From the NCBI GenBank assembly GCA_028713415.1, contig JAQTOI010000001.1, forward strand, positions 18,651-82,650: 64,000 nt of DNA, written 5' to 3'. Both the position numbers and the translations under genes were made by a program. The notes below the pieces were generated by a model that searched no databases, had not been told where the DNA came from, and worked only from the letters and a program-made list of their open reading frames with translations. This stretch comes from Candidatus Omnitrophota bacterium (GTDB lineage: Bacteria; Omnitrophota; Gorgyraeia; Duberdicusellales; 4484-171). Position 1 is the first letter of the stretch. Each line of letters starts with the position of its first letter. Below are positions 7,936-17,502 of this stretch, piece by piece.

Positions 7936-10116
7936 ATGAAGAAAGTTTTGGTGACCGGCGGAGCCGGATATTTAGGCAGTGTTTTGTGTGAAAAACTATT
8001 AGAAAAATCATATAGCGTAAGATGTTTTGACAGGCTTTATTTCGGCCAAGAGCCCGTCAGGCATCTCATGAAAAACAAGAATTTTGAGCTTATCTGCGGA
8101 AATATCATCGACCTCGATAGCTATCCGTCCCTTCTTGAAGATATTGACGCAGTTGTGCATTTAGCGGGTATCGCAAATGATCCTACCGCGGAACTCGATC
8201 CTCAATTAACCTATAGGGTTAACTGCGACGCAAGCGTCAAACTTGCCGCATTGGCGAAGAGTAAAAATATACAACGTTTTATTTTTGCTTCAAGCTGCAG
8301 CGTTTACGGTAAAGGCCTGGCTGACGTGGTTAACGAAGATTCACCCATTAACCCTGTTTCGGTATACGCTGAGTCAAAGGCAAAAGCCGAAAAGGAAATA
8401 TTGTCATTGGCTGACCGTTCTTTTTCCCCTACGTCGTTGCGCCAGGCGACGCTTTACGGGATGTCGCCTCGCATGCGTTTTGATCTTGCCATTAATTTGA
8501 TGGTGCTACACGCGGCGACAAAAGGGAAAATTTTTATATGGGGCGGAGGGGACCAGTGGAGGCCTTTTCTCCATGTAGCCGATTCCGCGGAAGCGATGCT
8601 TCATTGCTTGATCGTTAATCCCGATAAGGTACGCGGTAAAATTTACAATGTAGGTTCCACCAAAGATAATTTTAAGATCATTGATTTAGCCAATCTAATT
8701 AAGGATATGATTAAGGGGACAACTTTGGATGTGATACCGGAAAATCCCGATAAACGCAGCTATTGCGTGAATTGCGACGCCATAGAAAAAGATTTAAAAT
8801 GGAAGCCCTCAATGAACATAAAAGATGCGGTTAAAGCTATAGGGGCTTTTTGTGCCTCGAAAAAAGCCCAGGAATTAGCAAGTGATACTTTCTATAATAT
8901 ACGAACAGTGCAAAAATTTGTTCGAACGCCGGCCATACGCGGCGGAGACCCCATGTGCCCCCAATTTCTTCCCTTTTCTGTTCCCAGTATTGGTAAAGAA
9001 GAGGAAGATGAAGTAATTGCAACGTTACGCTCTGGCTGGCTTACCACCGGCCCACGCGTAAAGAAACTCGAGGGAATGTTTGAAGAATATATTGGATGCA
9101 AGCATGCCGTATGCGTTAATTCATGTACCGCCGCCTTACATTTAAGCCTGGTTACTCTTGGTATTGAAGCGGGAGATGAGGTGATTACTTCTCCCATTAC
9201 TTGGCCGGCAACCGCTAATGTTATCGTGCATACCGGGGCAACGCCTGTTTTTGCAGACGTAGAGAAAGAAACCTTGAATATCGATCCTGAAAAGATAGAA
9301 GAAAAAATAACCAAAAAAACAAAAGCCATAATCCCCGTGCATATGGCAGGACAACCCTGCCGCATGGATGAGATAAGGAGAGTTGCTAGCAAACATAACC
9401 TTTATGTCATCGAAGATGCCGCGCACGCGATTGGCGCGCAATTTAAAGGAAAAAATATTGGAACTTTAAGTGATTTTACTTGTTTCAGCTTTTATCCCAT
9501 AAAGAATATGACTACTATTGAAGGGGGCCTGGTGGCTACCTCAAGCGAAAAATGGGCAGACTTGGTAAAAGTTTACAGCCTTCATGGCGTCAGTAAGGAT
9601 GCATGGAAGAGATACGATAGAAGCTTTAGGGGCAGTGCCGAAGTAATGTATCCGGGTTTTAAATACAACATGTCTGATGTGCAGGCGGCCTTAGGTTTGC
9701 ATCAATTACCGCGTTTGGATGGATTTATCAAGACACGGGAATTGATATCGCGCCAGTATGATGAAGCCTTTAAGGATATGGAAGACTTGATAGCTTTGCC
9801 CGCGCATATAAAAAATATAAAACACGCGCATCACCTCTATATAATCATGCTTGCAATAGAAAAGTTAAATATTTCGCGGGATGGATTTATCGAAGCGCTT
9901 AAATGCGAGAACGTGGGCGTAGGCATACATTTTAATTCTCTGCACCTGCAGCATTATTATCAAAAAAGATTTAAATTTAAAAAAGAAGATTTTCCGCAAT
10001 CCGCTTATCTTTCCGAAAGGATACTTTCCCTGCCGCTATATCCATCGATGACACAATATGACATAGAAACAGTGATTAAGGCAGTGAAGAAGCTAATTAG
10101 GTATTATAAAAAATGA
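7936..10116 (+). CDS. Bifunctional fusion: N-terminal NAD-dependent epimerase/dehydratase (extended SDR) + C-terminal DegT/DnrJ/EryC1/StrS PLP-dependent sugar aminotransferase
   Basis: 726 aa. Residues 1-~310: VLVTGGAGYLGSVLCEKLL (GxxGxxG) and YAESK catalytic motif. Residues ~340-726: FLPFSVPSIGKEEEDEVIATLRSGWLTTGP...AVCVNSCTAALHL...FSFYPIKNMTTIEGG (PLP-lysine block as in PseC/ArnB). RBS GGAGG upstream of the ATG. Confidence 0.75.
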   Translation: MKKVLVTGGAGYLGSVLCEKLLEKSYSVRCFDRLYFGQEPVRHLMKNKNFELICGNIIDLDSYPSLLEDIDAVVHLAGIANDPTAELDPQLTYRVNCDASVKLAALAKSKNIQRFIFASSCSVYGKGLADVVNEDSPINPVSVYAESKAKAEKEILSLADRSFSPTSLRQATLYGMSPRMRFDLAINLMVLHAATKGKIFIWGGGDQWRPFLHVADSAEAMLHCLIVNPDKVRGKIYNVGSTKDNFKIIDLANLIKDMIKGTTLDVIPENPDKRSYCVNCDAIEKDLKWKPSMNIKDAVKAIGAFCASKKAQELASDTFYNIRTVQKFVRTPAIRGGDPMCPQFLPFSVPSIGKEEEDEVIATLRSGWLTTGPRVKKLEGMFEEYIGCKHAVCVNSCTAALHLSLVTLGIEAGDEVITSPITWPATANVIVHTGATPVFADVEKETLNIDPEKIEEKITKKTKAIIPVHMAGQPCRMDEIRRVASKHNLYVIEDAAHAIGAQFKGKNIGTLSDFTCFSFYPIKNMTTIEGGLVATSSEKWADLVKVYSLHGVSKDAWKRYDRSFRGSAEVMYPGFKYNMSDVQAALGLHQLPRLDGFIKTRELISRQYDEAFKDMEDLIALPAHIKNIKHAHHLYIIMLAIEKLNISRDGFIEALKCENVGVGIHFNSLHLQHYYQKRFKFKKEDFPQSAYLSERILSLPLYPSMTQYDIETVIKAVKKLIRYYKK

Positions 10117-11828
10117 CGGATAAAAAAATTATTTTTTTGATTTTCGCCATCGGCTTTGTACTAAGGATTGTCGGCATTAATTTCGGCCTTCCATTTGCTT
10201 ATCACGATGACGAGCCGATTATAGTTAATTATGCGCTGGCTTATGCGAGCGGAGATTTCAATCCGCACGTTTTCAACATTAGCCCCTTTCTTTCATATAT
10301 CCTTTTTTTTATTTATGGAGCATTTTTTGTCATTGGCAGGCTGTTCGGAGCTTTTCATCAGATAAAGGATTTTGCCTACCTTTATCTTAATGATCCGACT
10401 TTTTTTTATCTTATCGGCCGAGTTGCGTATGGATTACTTTGCGGCTCGGCTTCTATTGTTGCGCTTTATGTTCTAGGTAAAAAATGTTTTGATAAATCTA
10501 CCGGGCTGCTTGCGGCATTTTTTCTTGCTGTCAATTTCCTTCATGTCCGAGATTCACATTATATTTATTTTGATATTCCACTCACTCTTTGCGTGATCAT
10601 TTTTTTTATCAAGGCTATTGATTTTTTTAAGCCAGTCCGTCTCAAGAATTATATTGCGTTGAGCCTATTACTTGGGCTAGCGATTTCAGTCAAGAATACA
10701 GGGTCTTTTCTGGTTTTTCCTTTTATGGCGGTAGTCATCTATAATTTTTTTATTTCTCGAGAGGTATCCTTAAGGATAAAATTTACGCGAATTTTAGTTT
10801 GCCCTGTTGTCGTGGGGAGCGCATTTTTCGCGGGAAATCCTTTCGCGTTCCTTGATTTTAAGGCTTTCTTCAGAAGCGGTTTGCATTTACCGGTAGAGGT
10901 CCCGCCCCCGTTCCATCATCTGCTTGTTTCACTCTTTGGAGGTTGCGGTATGGCTATGGTTTTGTTGGGCCTTGTGAGCATGGCAGTGATACTCGTTACG
11001 CGTAAAAATAAGCGCGCGTTGATTATTATCCTCTTTACGATTATTTATTACAGTGCACTCCATAGGTCAAGTCAGCCTGGCGAACGGCTTGTCATGCCTT
11101 TGGTTCCTTTTATCCTTCTGTTTGCTGCTTGGCTTTTTGTTCTGCTTGCACGTTCCTTGCGCAAGTATAAAATTATTTATGTTGTTATTCCAGCGCTGTT
11201 GGCCGTCCTTATTTTTCCTTCGCTGATACGAATCTATTACGCCAATAAGCTTTTTTTACGCCAAGATACACGGACGCAAGCTTATCATTGGATTAAAGCC
11301 AATATAGTTAAGAATTCGCGTATTGCTCTCGACGCTACGCAATCTTGTTTTCCGCGCTTGGAAAAGAATAAGGAACAGTTTAAAGAACGCGAAAAATATA
11401 TTTCTGTCACTTCTTTCCGAAAGCCACAGGGCGCCGATCAAATGAAAGCCCGGTTTATGCGGGATAACCCCTACTATCCCGCGATAACTTATTATCTTTT
11501 TTATTTAAGAGATGAGGCAACGGTCGGCAAGAAAGGATTTCTTACGATATATCCGGATATCCCTATTGCGTTTAATTCTCTGGGTTTACGAGATATCCAG
11601 TATGTCGTGCTTTCTCAGATTATATTTAAACCTAAATATGCGAATTTTATGGAGGAGTTAAAGCGTTCATATCGGCTTATCAAAGTATTCTCGCCTTATC
11701 GCCGCAGTATTCAGAGGAAAAAGCCAATCGAATTTGCCCCTATTCCGGCCGCAGCTTTTACTTTAGAAGAATTACGTGATAGAATTTCATACGGGCCGTA
11801 TATTGAAATATATGAGCGAATACAATAA
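10113..11828 (+). CDS. GT-C membrane glycosyltransferase, ArnT/PMT (GT39/GT83)-like
   Basis: 571 aa, multi-TM. First periplasmic loop carries the DE motif (AYHDDEPIIVNYALAYASGDF) typical of ArnT/PMT_2 family enzymes. 4-bp overlap with the upstream gene. Confidence 0.65.
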   Translation: MTDKKIIFLIFAIGFVLRIVGINFGLPFAYHDDEPIIVNYALAYASGDFNPHVFNISPFLSYILFFIYGAFFVIGRLFGAFHQIKDFAYLYLNDPTFFYLIGRVAYGLLCGSASIVALYVLGKKCFDKSTGLLAAFFLAVNFLHVRDSHYIYFDIPLTLCVIIFFIKAIDFFKPVRLKNYIALSLLLGLAISVKNTGSFLVFPFMAVVIYNFFISREVSLRIKFTRILVCPVVVGSAFFAGNPFAFLDFKAFFRSGLHLPVEVPPPFHHLLVSLFGGCGMAMVLLGLVSMAVILVTRKNKRALIIILFTIIYYSALHRSSQPGERLVMPLVPFILLFAAWLFVLLARSLRKYKIIYVVIPALLAVLIFPSLIRIYYANKLFLRQDTRTQAYHWIKANIVKNSRIALDATQSCFPRLEKNKEQFKEREKYISVTSFRKPQGADQMKARFMRDNPYYPAITYYLFYLRDEATVGKKGFLTIYPDIPIAFNSLGLRDIQYVVLSQIIFKPKYANFMEELKRSYRLIKVFSPYRRSIQRKKPIEFAPIPAAAFTLEELRDRISYGPYIEIYERIQ

Positions 11829-11830
11829 TC

Positions 11831-12613
11831 ATGGAAAAATTATCTCCGGTTTATTCTGTTGTCGTTCCTGTTTTTAATGAACAAGAAGTCCTCCCTGCGT
11901 TCTATGAGCGTCTGAAAAATACTTTGGATAATCTCGGACTATCGTATGAGATCGTTTTTGTCGATGATGGAAGCACCGATGGCTCATACTCAATACTTAA
12001 GAATTTTGCTCTCAATAATTCCGCGATACATGTGGTTAGTTTTAAAATGAATTTTGGACAACATCGGGCAGTAACTGCAGGATTGCGCGCCGCGCGCGGC
12101 GATTACGTTATTGCGCTTGACGCAGACCTTCAAAATCCTCCGGAAGAAATACCAAAGCTTATCATGAAAATGAAAGAAGGTTTCGATATGGTGGCGGGGG
12201 TACGGAAACTGCGCAAAGACACATTTGGTCGACGTTTCTCGTCACTGATAACGAATGCAGTGATTCGCCTGGTAACTGGTCTATCGATGAGCGACTATGG
12301 TTCAATGCTACGGATATTTAAGCGGGAAACTGCCTCTAAGCTTGCTCGTGTCTTCGAAAAAAACCAAGGCTATATTACGATGCTTGTTGCCAAAGTAACG
12401 CATCATGTAGGAGAGGTAGAGGTGGACCATGATCAGCGTTATGCCGGAACGTCAAAGTATACATTTAGAAAGCTTTTTGTGCTTTTTTTTAAAATTTTCT
12501 GCTACTATGATTGGTTTTCAAGATTTTTTATAGCGCGCGGGAACGAACCTCTCTACGTGATTGATAAGGAGATTGAATATGGAAAGGAAATTATCAAAAT
12601 TGCTCGTCCTTGA
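11831..12613 (+). CDS. GT2, ArnC-like undecaprenyl-phosphate aminosugar transferase
   Basis: 260 aa. YSVVVPVFNEQEVLPAFYERL...YEIVFVDDGSTDGS...ALDADLQNPPEEIPKL closely follows the ArnC/GtrB pattern. Confidence 0.7.
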   Translation: MEKLSPVYSVVVPVFNEQEVLPAFYERLKNTLDNLGLSYEIVFVDDGSTDGSYSILKNFALNNSAIHVVSFKMNFGQHRAVTAGLRAARGDYVIALDADLQNPPEEIPKLIMKMKEGFDMVAGVRKLRKDTFGRRFSSLITNAVIRLVTGLSMSDYGSMLRIFKRETASKLARVFEKNQGYITMLVAKVTHHVGEVEVDHDQRYAGTSKYTFRKLFVLFFKIFCYYDWFSRFFIARGNEPLYVIDKEIEYGKEIIKIARP

Positions 12614-13334
12614 TGAATGGGATTCACGTTTCTTCAAAAAACGCATAGGGAAGCTTAAAGTAACGCATACGCAGAAGCATCTTGTTTCTTTTTCTGAACT
12701 TTTAGCGGTACGCGCGCGCGCAAAGCTTGAAAATATGAATTTTGTTACTGTGCGTTTTGACAAACCAGATGCCCGTCTTGAAAAAATAGCCAGGCGTGGC
12801 GGATTGCGTAAGTGCGGCGGAGGAGTAAATTTTATCTATAAAATTCCGGTAAATTTTAAAAATGCACCCAGTGTTGACTTTAAAATAAAAGAGTGCACCA
12901 GCCAACAGATTTCTTCCGCGTGCCTGCTCGCAAAAGACGCTTTTCGGTTAAGTTTCCTTTACTCTTGCGGTTTTGCTCCTCAGAATGTCATCGATAGGTA
13001 TCACCAAGTATGGGTTCGTAACTTGTACGCTAACAAAAACAGTTGCCTATTAGTTGCCAGCCGCCAGGGTAATGTTTTAGGTTTTCTCGTCTCATCTGCC
13101 GACATTCAGGGCCACCGCGGCAAAATGATGCTTATGGCGGTTAATAAACGATATCGAGGCATGGGCATTGGGAAAAGGCTAGTGGAGGGATTTATTGCTT
13201 GGGCAGCTGCGCATAAAATATCACGCATTGCGGTACGCACACAGGAAGATAATTACGCCGCGATTGCGGTGTATAATAAATTGAAATTTCGTTTACTCTA
13301 TAGCGACAGCGATTACTATATGAGATTGAAGTGA
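12579..13334 (+). CDS. GNAT family N-acetyltransferase
   Basis: ORF track starts at a TTG (12561). ATG at 12579 preceded by AAGGAG (12566-12571) is the more likely start. C-terminal GNAT core RYRGMGIGKRLVEGFIAWA...IAVRTQEDNYAAIAVYNKLKF. Overlaps the upstream GT2 by about 35 bp. Confidence 0.6.
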   Translation: MERKLSKLLVLDEWDSRFFKKRIGKLKVTHTQKHLVSFSELLAVRARAKLENMNFVTVRFDKPDARLEKIARRGGLRKCGGGVNFIYKIPVNFKNAPSVDFKIKECTSQQISSACLLAKDAFRLSFLYSCGFAPQNVIDRYHQVWVRNLYANKNSCLLVASRQGNVLGFLVSSADIQGHRGKMMLMAVNKRYRGMGIGKRLVEGFIAWAAAHKISRIAVRTQEDNYAAIAVYNKLKFRLLYSDSDYYMRLK

Positions 13335-15004
13335 AAAAAAATTTACCAGTAGTTTTTTTGCTGGCTACTTTTGTTATTATTGTTTTTACCTCCGTTAACA
13401 CAAAATCTCCGATTTGTGATGAAGCCGGGCACCATATCGCTGCCGGATATTCTTTTTTAAAAACCGGAGATTTTCGTATGAATCCGGCCACTCCGCCTTT
13501 AACTCGGATGCTTATGGCTGCTCCGCTTCTTCCCCTGAATCTAAAGCTGCCTCTTAATCATCCTTCCTGGCAGAATATCGATAGCACTGTTTTTAACTAT
13601 CAATTTCTTTATGTGCTTAACCAAAACCCGCAGCGTATTATTTTTTTAAGCAGGCTCCCAATGATAGCGCTTTCTGCACTCCTGGGCATTCTGATATTTA
13701 TTTGGGCACAAAAGATATATGGTTACAAGGCAGGTTTGTTTGCCCTGTTTCTATATGTATTTTCACCTACTGTATTGGCAAATGCCGGCTTAGGAATGGC
13801 AGATATGGGTTCTGCTTTCTTCATGTCTCTTGCAATATATCAATATTGGAAATTTAATTCTGCCACACGCAGAAGGACCATGTATCTGTTATTGACGGGG
13901 ATATGCTCTGGATTAGCTTTTTCTGCTAAAATAAATGCTTTTTTGCTGCTGCCGTTGTTTTTTATATGGGCGCTATACCGAGTTTTTCTTGCGCAAAACC
14001 GAAAACAAGAACTTCACCGTCAAACCATTTTATTGCTGATTATCTTTGCTATAAGTTTTATAACGCTTTGGGCTACCTATGGTTTTGAATTCAAACCCTT
14101 GCTGAAAAATGCGCCGGATATTCCTGAAAAAATAGCGTATATCAATAAGCTCTCAAAAATGCTTCCGTTTGTTAATCAGGAAGAAACTGCGCACCGGCTT
14201 GTTGATTTCGCTCAAAATACCCCCATACCTCTAAGCGCTTATATTATTTCTTGTCTCGGTATCATTAATCAAGTAGTTAGAGGGGAGCAGGCAGTTTTCT
14301 TTTTTGGCAACAGTTATCTGCAGGGCTCTAAAATATACTACTTTATCGTATTTCTCATCAAAACTCCGTTGCCTTTTCTGGTGCTGATAGCAATTTCTCT
14401 GCTTTTGCTGATTTTAAAAAAACGCACGCCAGTCGATAAACTAACAAATTCGTTTATTAGCCTCCCTATTATTTTTTTCTTTTTAAGCGCTTCGTTTTCT
14501 AAACTGCAGGGCGGACTGCGTTATCTTTTGCCGATGTATCCGTTCCTATTGATTTGGCTTTCGGATATCGTAAATGTCCGGTTAAAAAATAAAAAAATCT
14601 ATGCGCCTGCCTTTTTTACGGCTATTTCTATATGGTATGCGGCTTGTGCATTTCTTACCTACCCAAACTATTTAGCCTACTTTAATGAACTCGTCGGCGG
14701 GATGAACGGCTTTGGCTATAAAATTACCCACGATCTCGATTGGGGCCAAGATCTTCCCGCTTTATCCGAATATCTGCGCAAGGAAAAAATTGAAACCGTA
14801 AGGCTTCTATACTTTGGTACTGCAGAACCGGCAGCCTACGGCATAACGTACACTGCGTTAAGTTCTCAGGATTACCTTATGCCAGGCAAAAATGTTTACG
14901 CAATTAGTGCCCGCTATTTGCGTGTTCTGCCATGGACCGCTAACGCCACGCCAACTGCTAAGCCGGGATATTCAATATTTGTCTACGATTTTCGCAATAG
15001 CTAG
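13331..15004 (+). CDS. GT-C membrane glycosyltransferase, ArnT/PMT (GT39/GT83)-like (second copy)
   Basis: 557 aa, multi-TM. DE motif in the first loop (SPICDEAGHHIAAGYSFLKTGDF). GTG start overlapping the upstream stop (GTGA). Confidence 0.65.
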   Translation: MKKNLPVVFLLATFVIIVFTSVNTKSPICDEAGHHIAAGYSFLKTGDFRMNPATPPLTRMLMAAPLLPLNLKLPLNHPSWQNIDSTVFNYQFLYVLNQNPQRIIFLSRLPMIALSALLGILIFIWAQKIYGYKAGLFALFLYVFSPTVLANAGLGMADMGSAFFMSLAIYQYWKFNSATRRRTMYLLLTGICSGLAFSAKINAFLLLPLFFIWALYRVFLAQNRKQELHRQTILLLIIFAISFITLWATYGFEFKPLLKNAPDIPEKIAYINKLSKMLPFVNQEETAHRLVDFAQNTPIPLSAYIISCLGIINQVVRGEQAVFFFGNSYLQGSKIYYFIVFLIKTPLPFLVLIAISLLLLILKKRTPVDKLTNSFISLPIIFFFLSASFSKLQGGLRYLLPMYPFLLIWLSDIVNVRLKNKKIYAPAFFTAISIWYAACAFLTYPNYLAYFNELVGGMNGFGYKITHDLDWGQDLPALSEYLRKEKIETVRLLYFGTAEPAAYGITYTALSSQDYLMPGKNVYAISARYLRVLPWTANATPTAKPGYSIFVYDFRNS

Positions 15005-15053
15005 CCATCGCTCTTGACTACCAATGACTATTATTGACTAATTAAGATAATTG

Positions 15054-15081
15054 TTGACAAGCGTATGCCCGCCGCTATAAT
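15054..15081 (+). promoter_or_regulatory. Sigma70-type promoter for the small HTH gene. -35 TTGACA (15054-15059), 16-bp spacer, -10 TATAAT (15076-15081). Followed by RBS GAGGAG (15092-15097) and ATG at 15101.
   Basis: Read directly. The -10 box lies inside the ORF-track start (15065). This argues that the real start is the downstream ATG at 15101, which has a strong SD. Confidence 0.5.
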
Positions 15082-15100
15082 AAGCAAAAAAGAGGAGATA

Positions 15101-15340
15101 ATGGAAATTAAGCCAAACGAAGTCTATACTACCGAAGAAACCCAAGCATTACTTAAGATAAGCCCTTCTACGACCATGCGCCTTATTAAAAAAGGTGTTA
15201 TTCGTACCGCCAAAGTAGGAAAACAATATCGTATATTGGGAAAAGAGTTGCTTCGTCTTCTTTCGCCGACTCTGGAAGATAAGGTAGGGAAAGTCTACAA
15301 TAAAGGTAGGCATTGGTTACACAAAGATGTAGATGGATGA
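15101..15340 (+). CDS. Small helix-turn-helix DNA-binding protein, excisionase/MerR-like (HTH_17) family
   Basis: 80 aa from 15101 (the ORF track gives 15065, 91 aa). ...VYTTEETQALLKISPSTTMRLIKKGVIRTAKVGKQYRI... matches the excisionase-family DNA-binding domain pattern (T.EEAA.LLGVS..T.YRLI..G.LPA.KVGR.WRI). Confidence 0.55.
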   Translation: MEIKPNEVYTTEETQALLKISPSTTMRLIKKGVIRTAKVGKQYRILGKELLRLLSPTLEDKVGKVYNKGRHWLHKDVDG

Positions 15341-15364
15341 CGCAAGGATATTAAAAAGGAGCTA

Positions 15365-16351
15365 ATGCACATGAAGGATATATTTAAAAACAAGGTGGTG
15401 CTCATTACAGGCGGGACAGGATCCTTTGGCCAGAAATTTACCGAGATAGTTATAAAAAACTACAAACCCAGAAAACTTATTATTTTCAGCCGTGACGAGA
15501 TGAAACAGTATGAGATGCAAAAACGGTTTAATCAGGAAAACCTGCGTTATTTTGTGGGCGATGTGCGCGATCCCGATCGATTACATAGAGCTTTTGAGGG
15601 CGTGGATATTGTCGTGCATGCCGCCGCGTTAAAAATAGTCCCAACCGCAGAATATAATCCTTTTGAAGCCATTAGGACAAATATCCTTGGAGGAGAAAAC
15701 ATAATCAATGCCGCGATAGACCATAATGTCGCAAAAGTGCTGGCGATAAGCTCAGATAAGGCTGTCAATCCGGTCAACCTTTATGGCGCTACAAAAATGT
15801 GCATGGAAAAATTATTCGTTGCTGCCAATGCCTATGCCGGCAAGCACGTAACGAGAATGGCATGCGCCCGATACGGAAATGTGGTAGGTTCGCGGGGCAG
15901 CATAGTGCCATTGTTCAAAAAGCAGGCGAAAGCTGGGACAATAACCATAACTGATGAACGGATGACCAGGTTCTGGATCACGCTTGAGCAGGGAGTGAAA
16001 TTTGTCATTTCATGCATCGAAAACATGTATGGAGGCGAAATATTTGTACCGAAGATTCCAACCATGAAGATAATCGATCTTGCAAAAGCAGTCGCGCCCA
16101 AATGCAAAATAAAGAAGATAGGCATTCGCCCGGGAGAAAAGATCCATGAATGCATGTTGACCGAGGATGAGACGCGCCATGCCATGGAGTTTAAGGATTT
16201 CTTTGTGATAGAGCCCGAACATTACTGGTGGAAAAAGCAAGGGCATCTTAAGAACGGCAAAAGAATGCCGGAGGGATTTCGCTATTCGAGCGATACCAAT
16301 GAACAGTGGCTTACGAGCAAAGACATCCTTACGATGATCGGCGAGGATTAA
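15365..16351 (+). CDS. pseB: UDP-N-acetylglucosamine 4,6-dehydratase (inverting), PseB/FlaA1
   Basis: 328 aa. KVVLITGGTGSFGQKF...IFSRDEMKQYEMQ..F..GDVRD and the YGATK catalytic block match the PseB/CapD short-chain family. Confidence 0.85.
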   Translation: MHMKDIFKNKVVLITGGTGSFGQKFTEIVIKNYKPRKLIIFSRDEMKQYEMQKRFNQENLRYFVGDVRDPDRLHRAFEGVDIVVHAAALKIVPTAEYNPFEAIRTNILGGENIINAAIDHNVAKVLAISSDKAVNPVNLYGATKMCMEKLFVAANAYAGKHVTRMACARYGNVVGSRGSIVPLFKKQAKAGTITITDERMTRFWITLEQGVKFVISCIENMYGGEIFVPKIPTMKIIDLAKAVAPKCKIKKIGIRPGEKIHECMLTEDETRHAMEFKDFFVIEPEHYWWKKQGHLKNGKRMPEGFRYSSDTNEQWLTSKDILTMIGED

Positions 16352-17502
16352 TGATGAAAATCATTCCATACGGTCATCAATCCATTGACAGGCACGACAT
16401 AAAGCAGGTAATTGCCGTTTTAAAATCTGATTGGATTACCCAGGGACCGAAAATAAAAGAATTTGAAGATGATCTTTGCAGATATACCGGCGCACGTTTT
16501 TGCTTGGCGGTTTCAAGCGGGACAGCTGCGTTGCATGTCGCGTGCCTGGCAGCGGGAGTGCAAAGAGGAGATGAGGTCATCACAACACCTATTACTTTTG
16601 CTGCCTCAGCGAATTGCGCTTTGTATTGTGGAGGCAAGCCGGTTTTTGCCGATGTACAAAAAGATACCATAAACATCGATCCTTTTGCGATATCGAAAAA
16701 AATAAACACAAAAACAAAAGTATTGATCCCGGTCCATTTTGCAGGGTACCCCTGTGATTTAAAAGAGATCAATCGCATTGCAAAAAAAAATAATCTTATA
16801 GTTATCGAGGATGCCGCGCATGCCCTGGGTGCAACCTACCAGAATAAAAAAATCGGCTCATGTACTTACTCTGACATGACGGTCCTTAGCTTTCACCCCG
16901 TTAAAACCATCACTACCGGTGAAGGCGGTGCTGTCTTGACAAATAGTAAGAGCCTGTATGAAAAGCTTGTCATGTTCAGAAATCACGGCATAACCAAGAG
17001 TAACTTTAAGCGTGCACCCGAGGGGGAATGGTACCATGAGATGCGATGCTTAGGATATAACTACCGGATAACTGATTTTCAAGCTGCACTGGGTATCTCA
17101 CAGCTGCGGAAAGTAGATAGCTTTATAAAAGCAAGACAAAGTATAGCGGATATATACAAAAAGGCATTTAGCGGTAATCCTTATTTTGATCTTTTATCAG
17201 AACCCCGCGGTGCGCAGTCTTCGCATCATTTGTTTGCGATACTGTTAAAGGATCATTACAAAAGAGAAAGAAAACAAATATTTGCCAACCTAAGAAAGAA
17301 TGGGCTTGGCGTGCAGGTGCATTATATTCCAGTATATTTTCATCCTTATTATCAGCAGTTAGGCTTTAAGAGAGGCATTTGCCCGGTTGCAGAGGATTTC
17401 TATCAAAGAGAAATAAGCATACCTATATACCAGTCTATGAGTAAAGCAGCAATGCAAAGTGTTATTAAGAAAGTTTTAAAAGTATTTACGGGATACCGAT
17501 GA
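16351..17502 (+). CDS. pseC: UDP-4-amino-4,6-dideoxy-N-acetyl-beta-L-altrosamine transaminase, PseC (DegT family)
   Basis: ORF track begins at 16306, inside pseB. The ATG at 16351 overlaps the pseB stop (TAATG) and gives MMKIIPYGHQSIDRHDIKQVIAVLKSDWITQGPKI.EFE..L, the canonical PseC N-terminus. PLP-lysine block SFHPVKTITTGEGG. An A9 tract lies inside the gene (16782-16790). Confidence 0.8.
   Translation: MMKIIPYGHQSIDRHDIKQVIAVLKSDWITQGPKIKEFEDDLCRYTGARFCLAVSSGTAALHVACLAAGVQRGDEVITTPITFAASANCALYCGGKPVFADVQKDTINIDPFAISKKINTKTKVLIPVHFAGYPCDLKEINRIAKKNNLIVIEDAAHALGATYQNKKIGSCTYSDMTVLSFHPVKTITTGEGGAVLTNSKSLYEKLVMFRNHGITKSNFKRAPEGEWYHEMRCLGYNYRITDFQAALGISQLRKVDSFIKARQSIADIYKKAFSGNPYFDLLSEPRGAQSSHHLFAILLKDHYKRERKQIFANLRKNGLGVQVHYIPVYFHPYYQQLGFKRGICPVAEDFYQREISIPIYQSMSKAAMQSVIKKVLKVFTGYR

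Noticed and set aside
16306-16350. 5' extension of the pseC ORF in the track (starts at 16306)
   Set aside because: The extension overlaps the pseB 3' end. The canonical PseC N-terminus begins at the TAATG-overlapping ATG at 16351. Likewise 24311 for LmbE moved to 24560, 12561 for GNAT to 12579, and 15065 for HTH to 15101.
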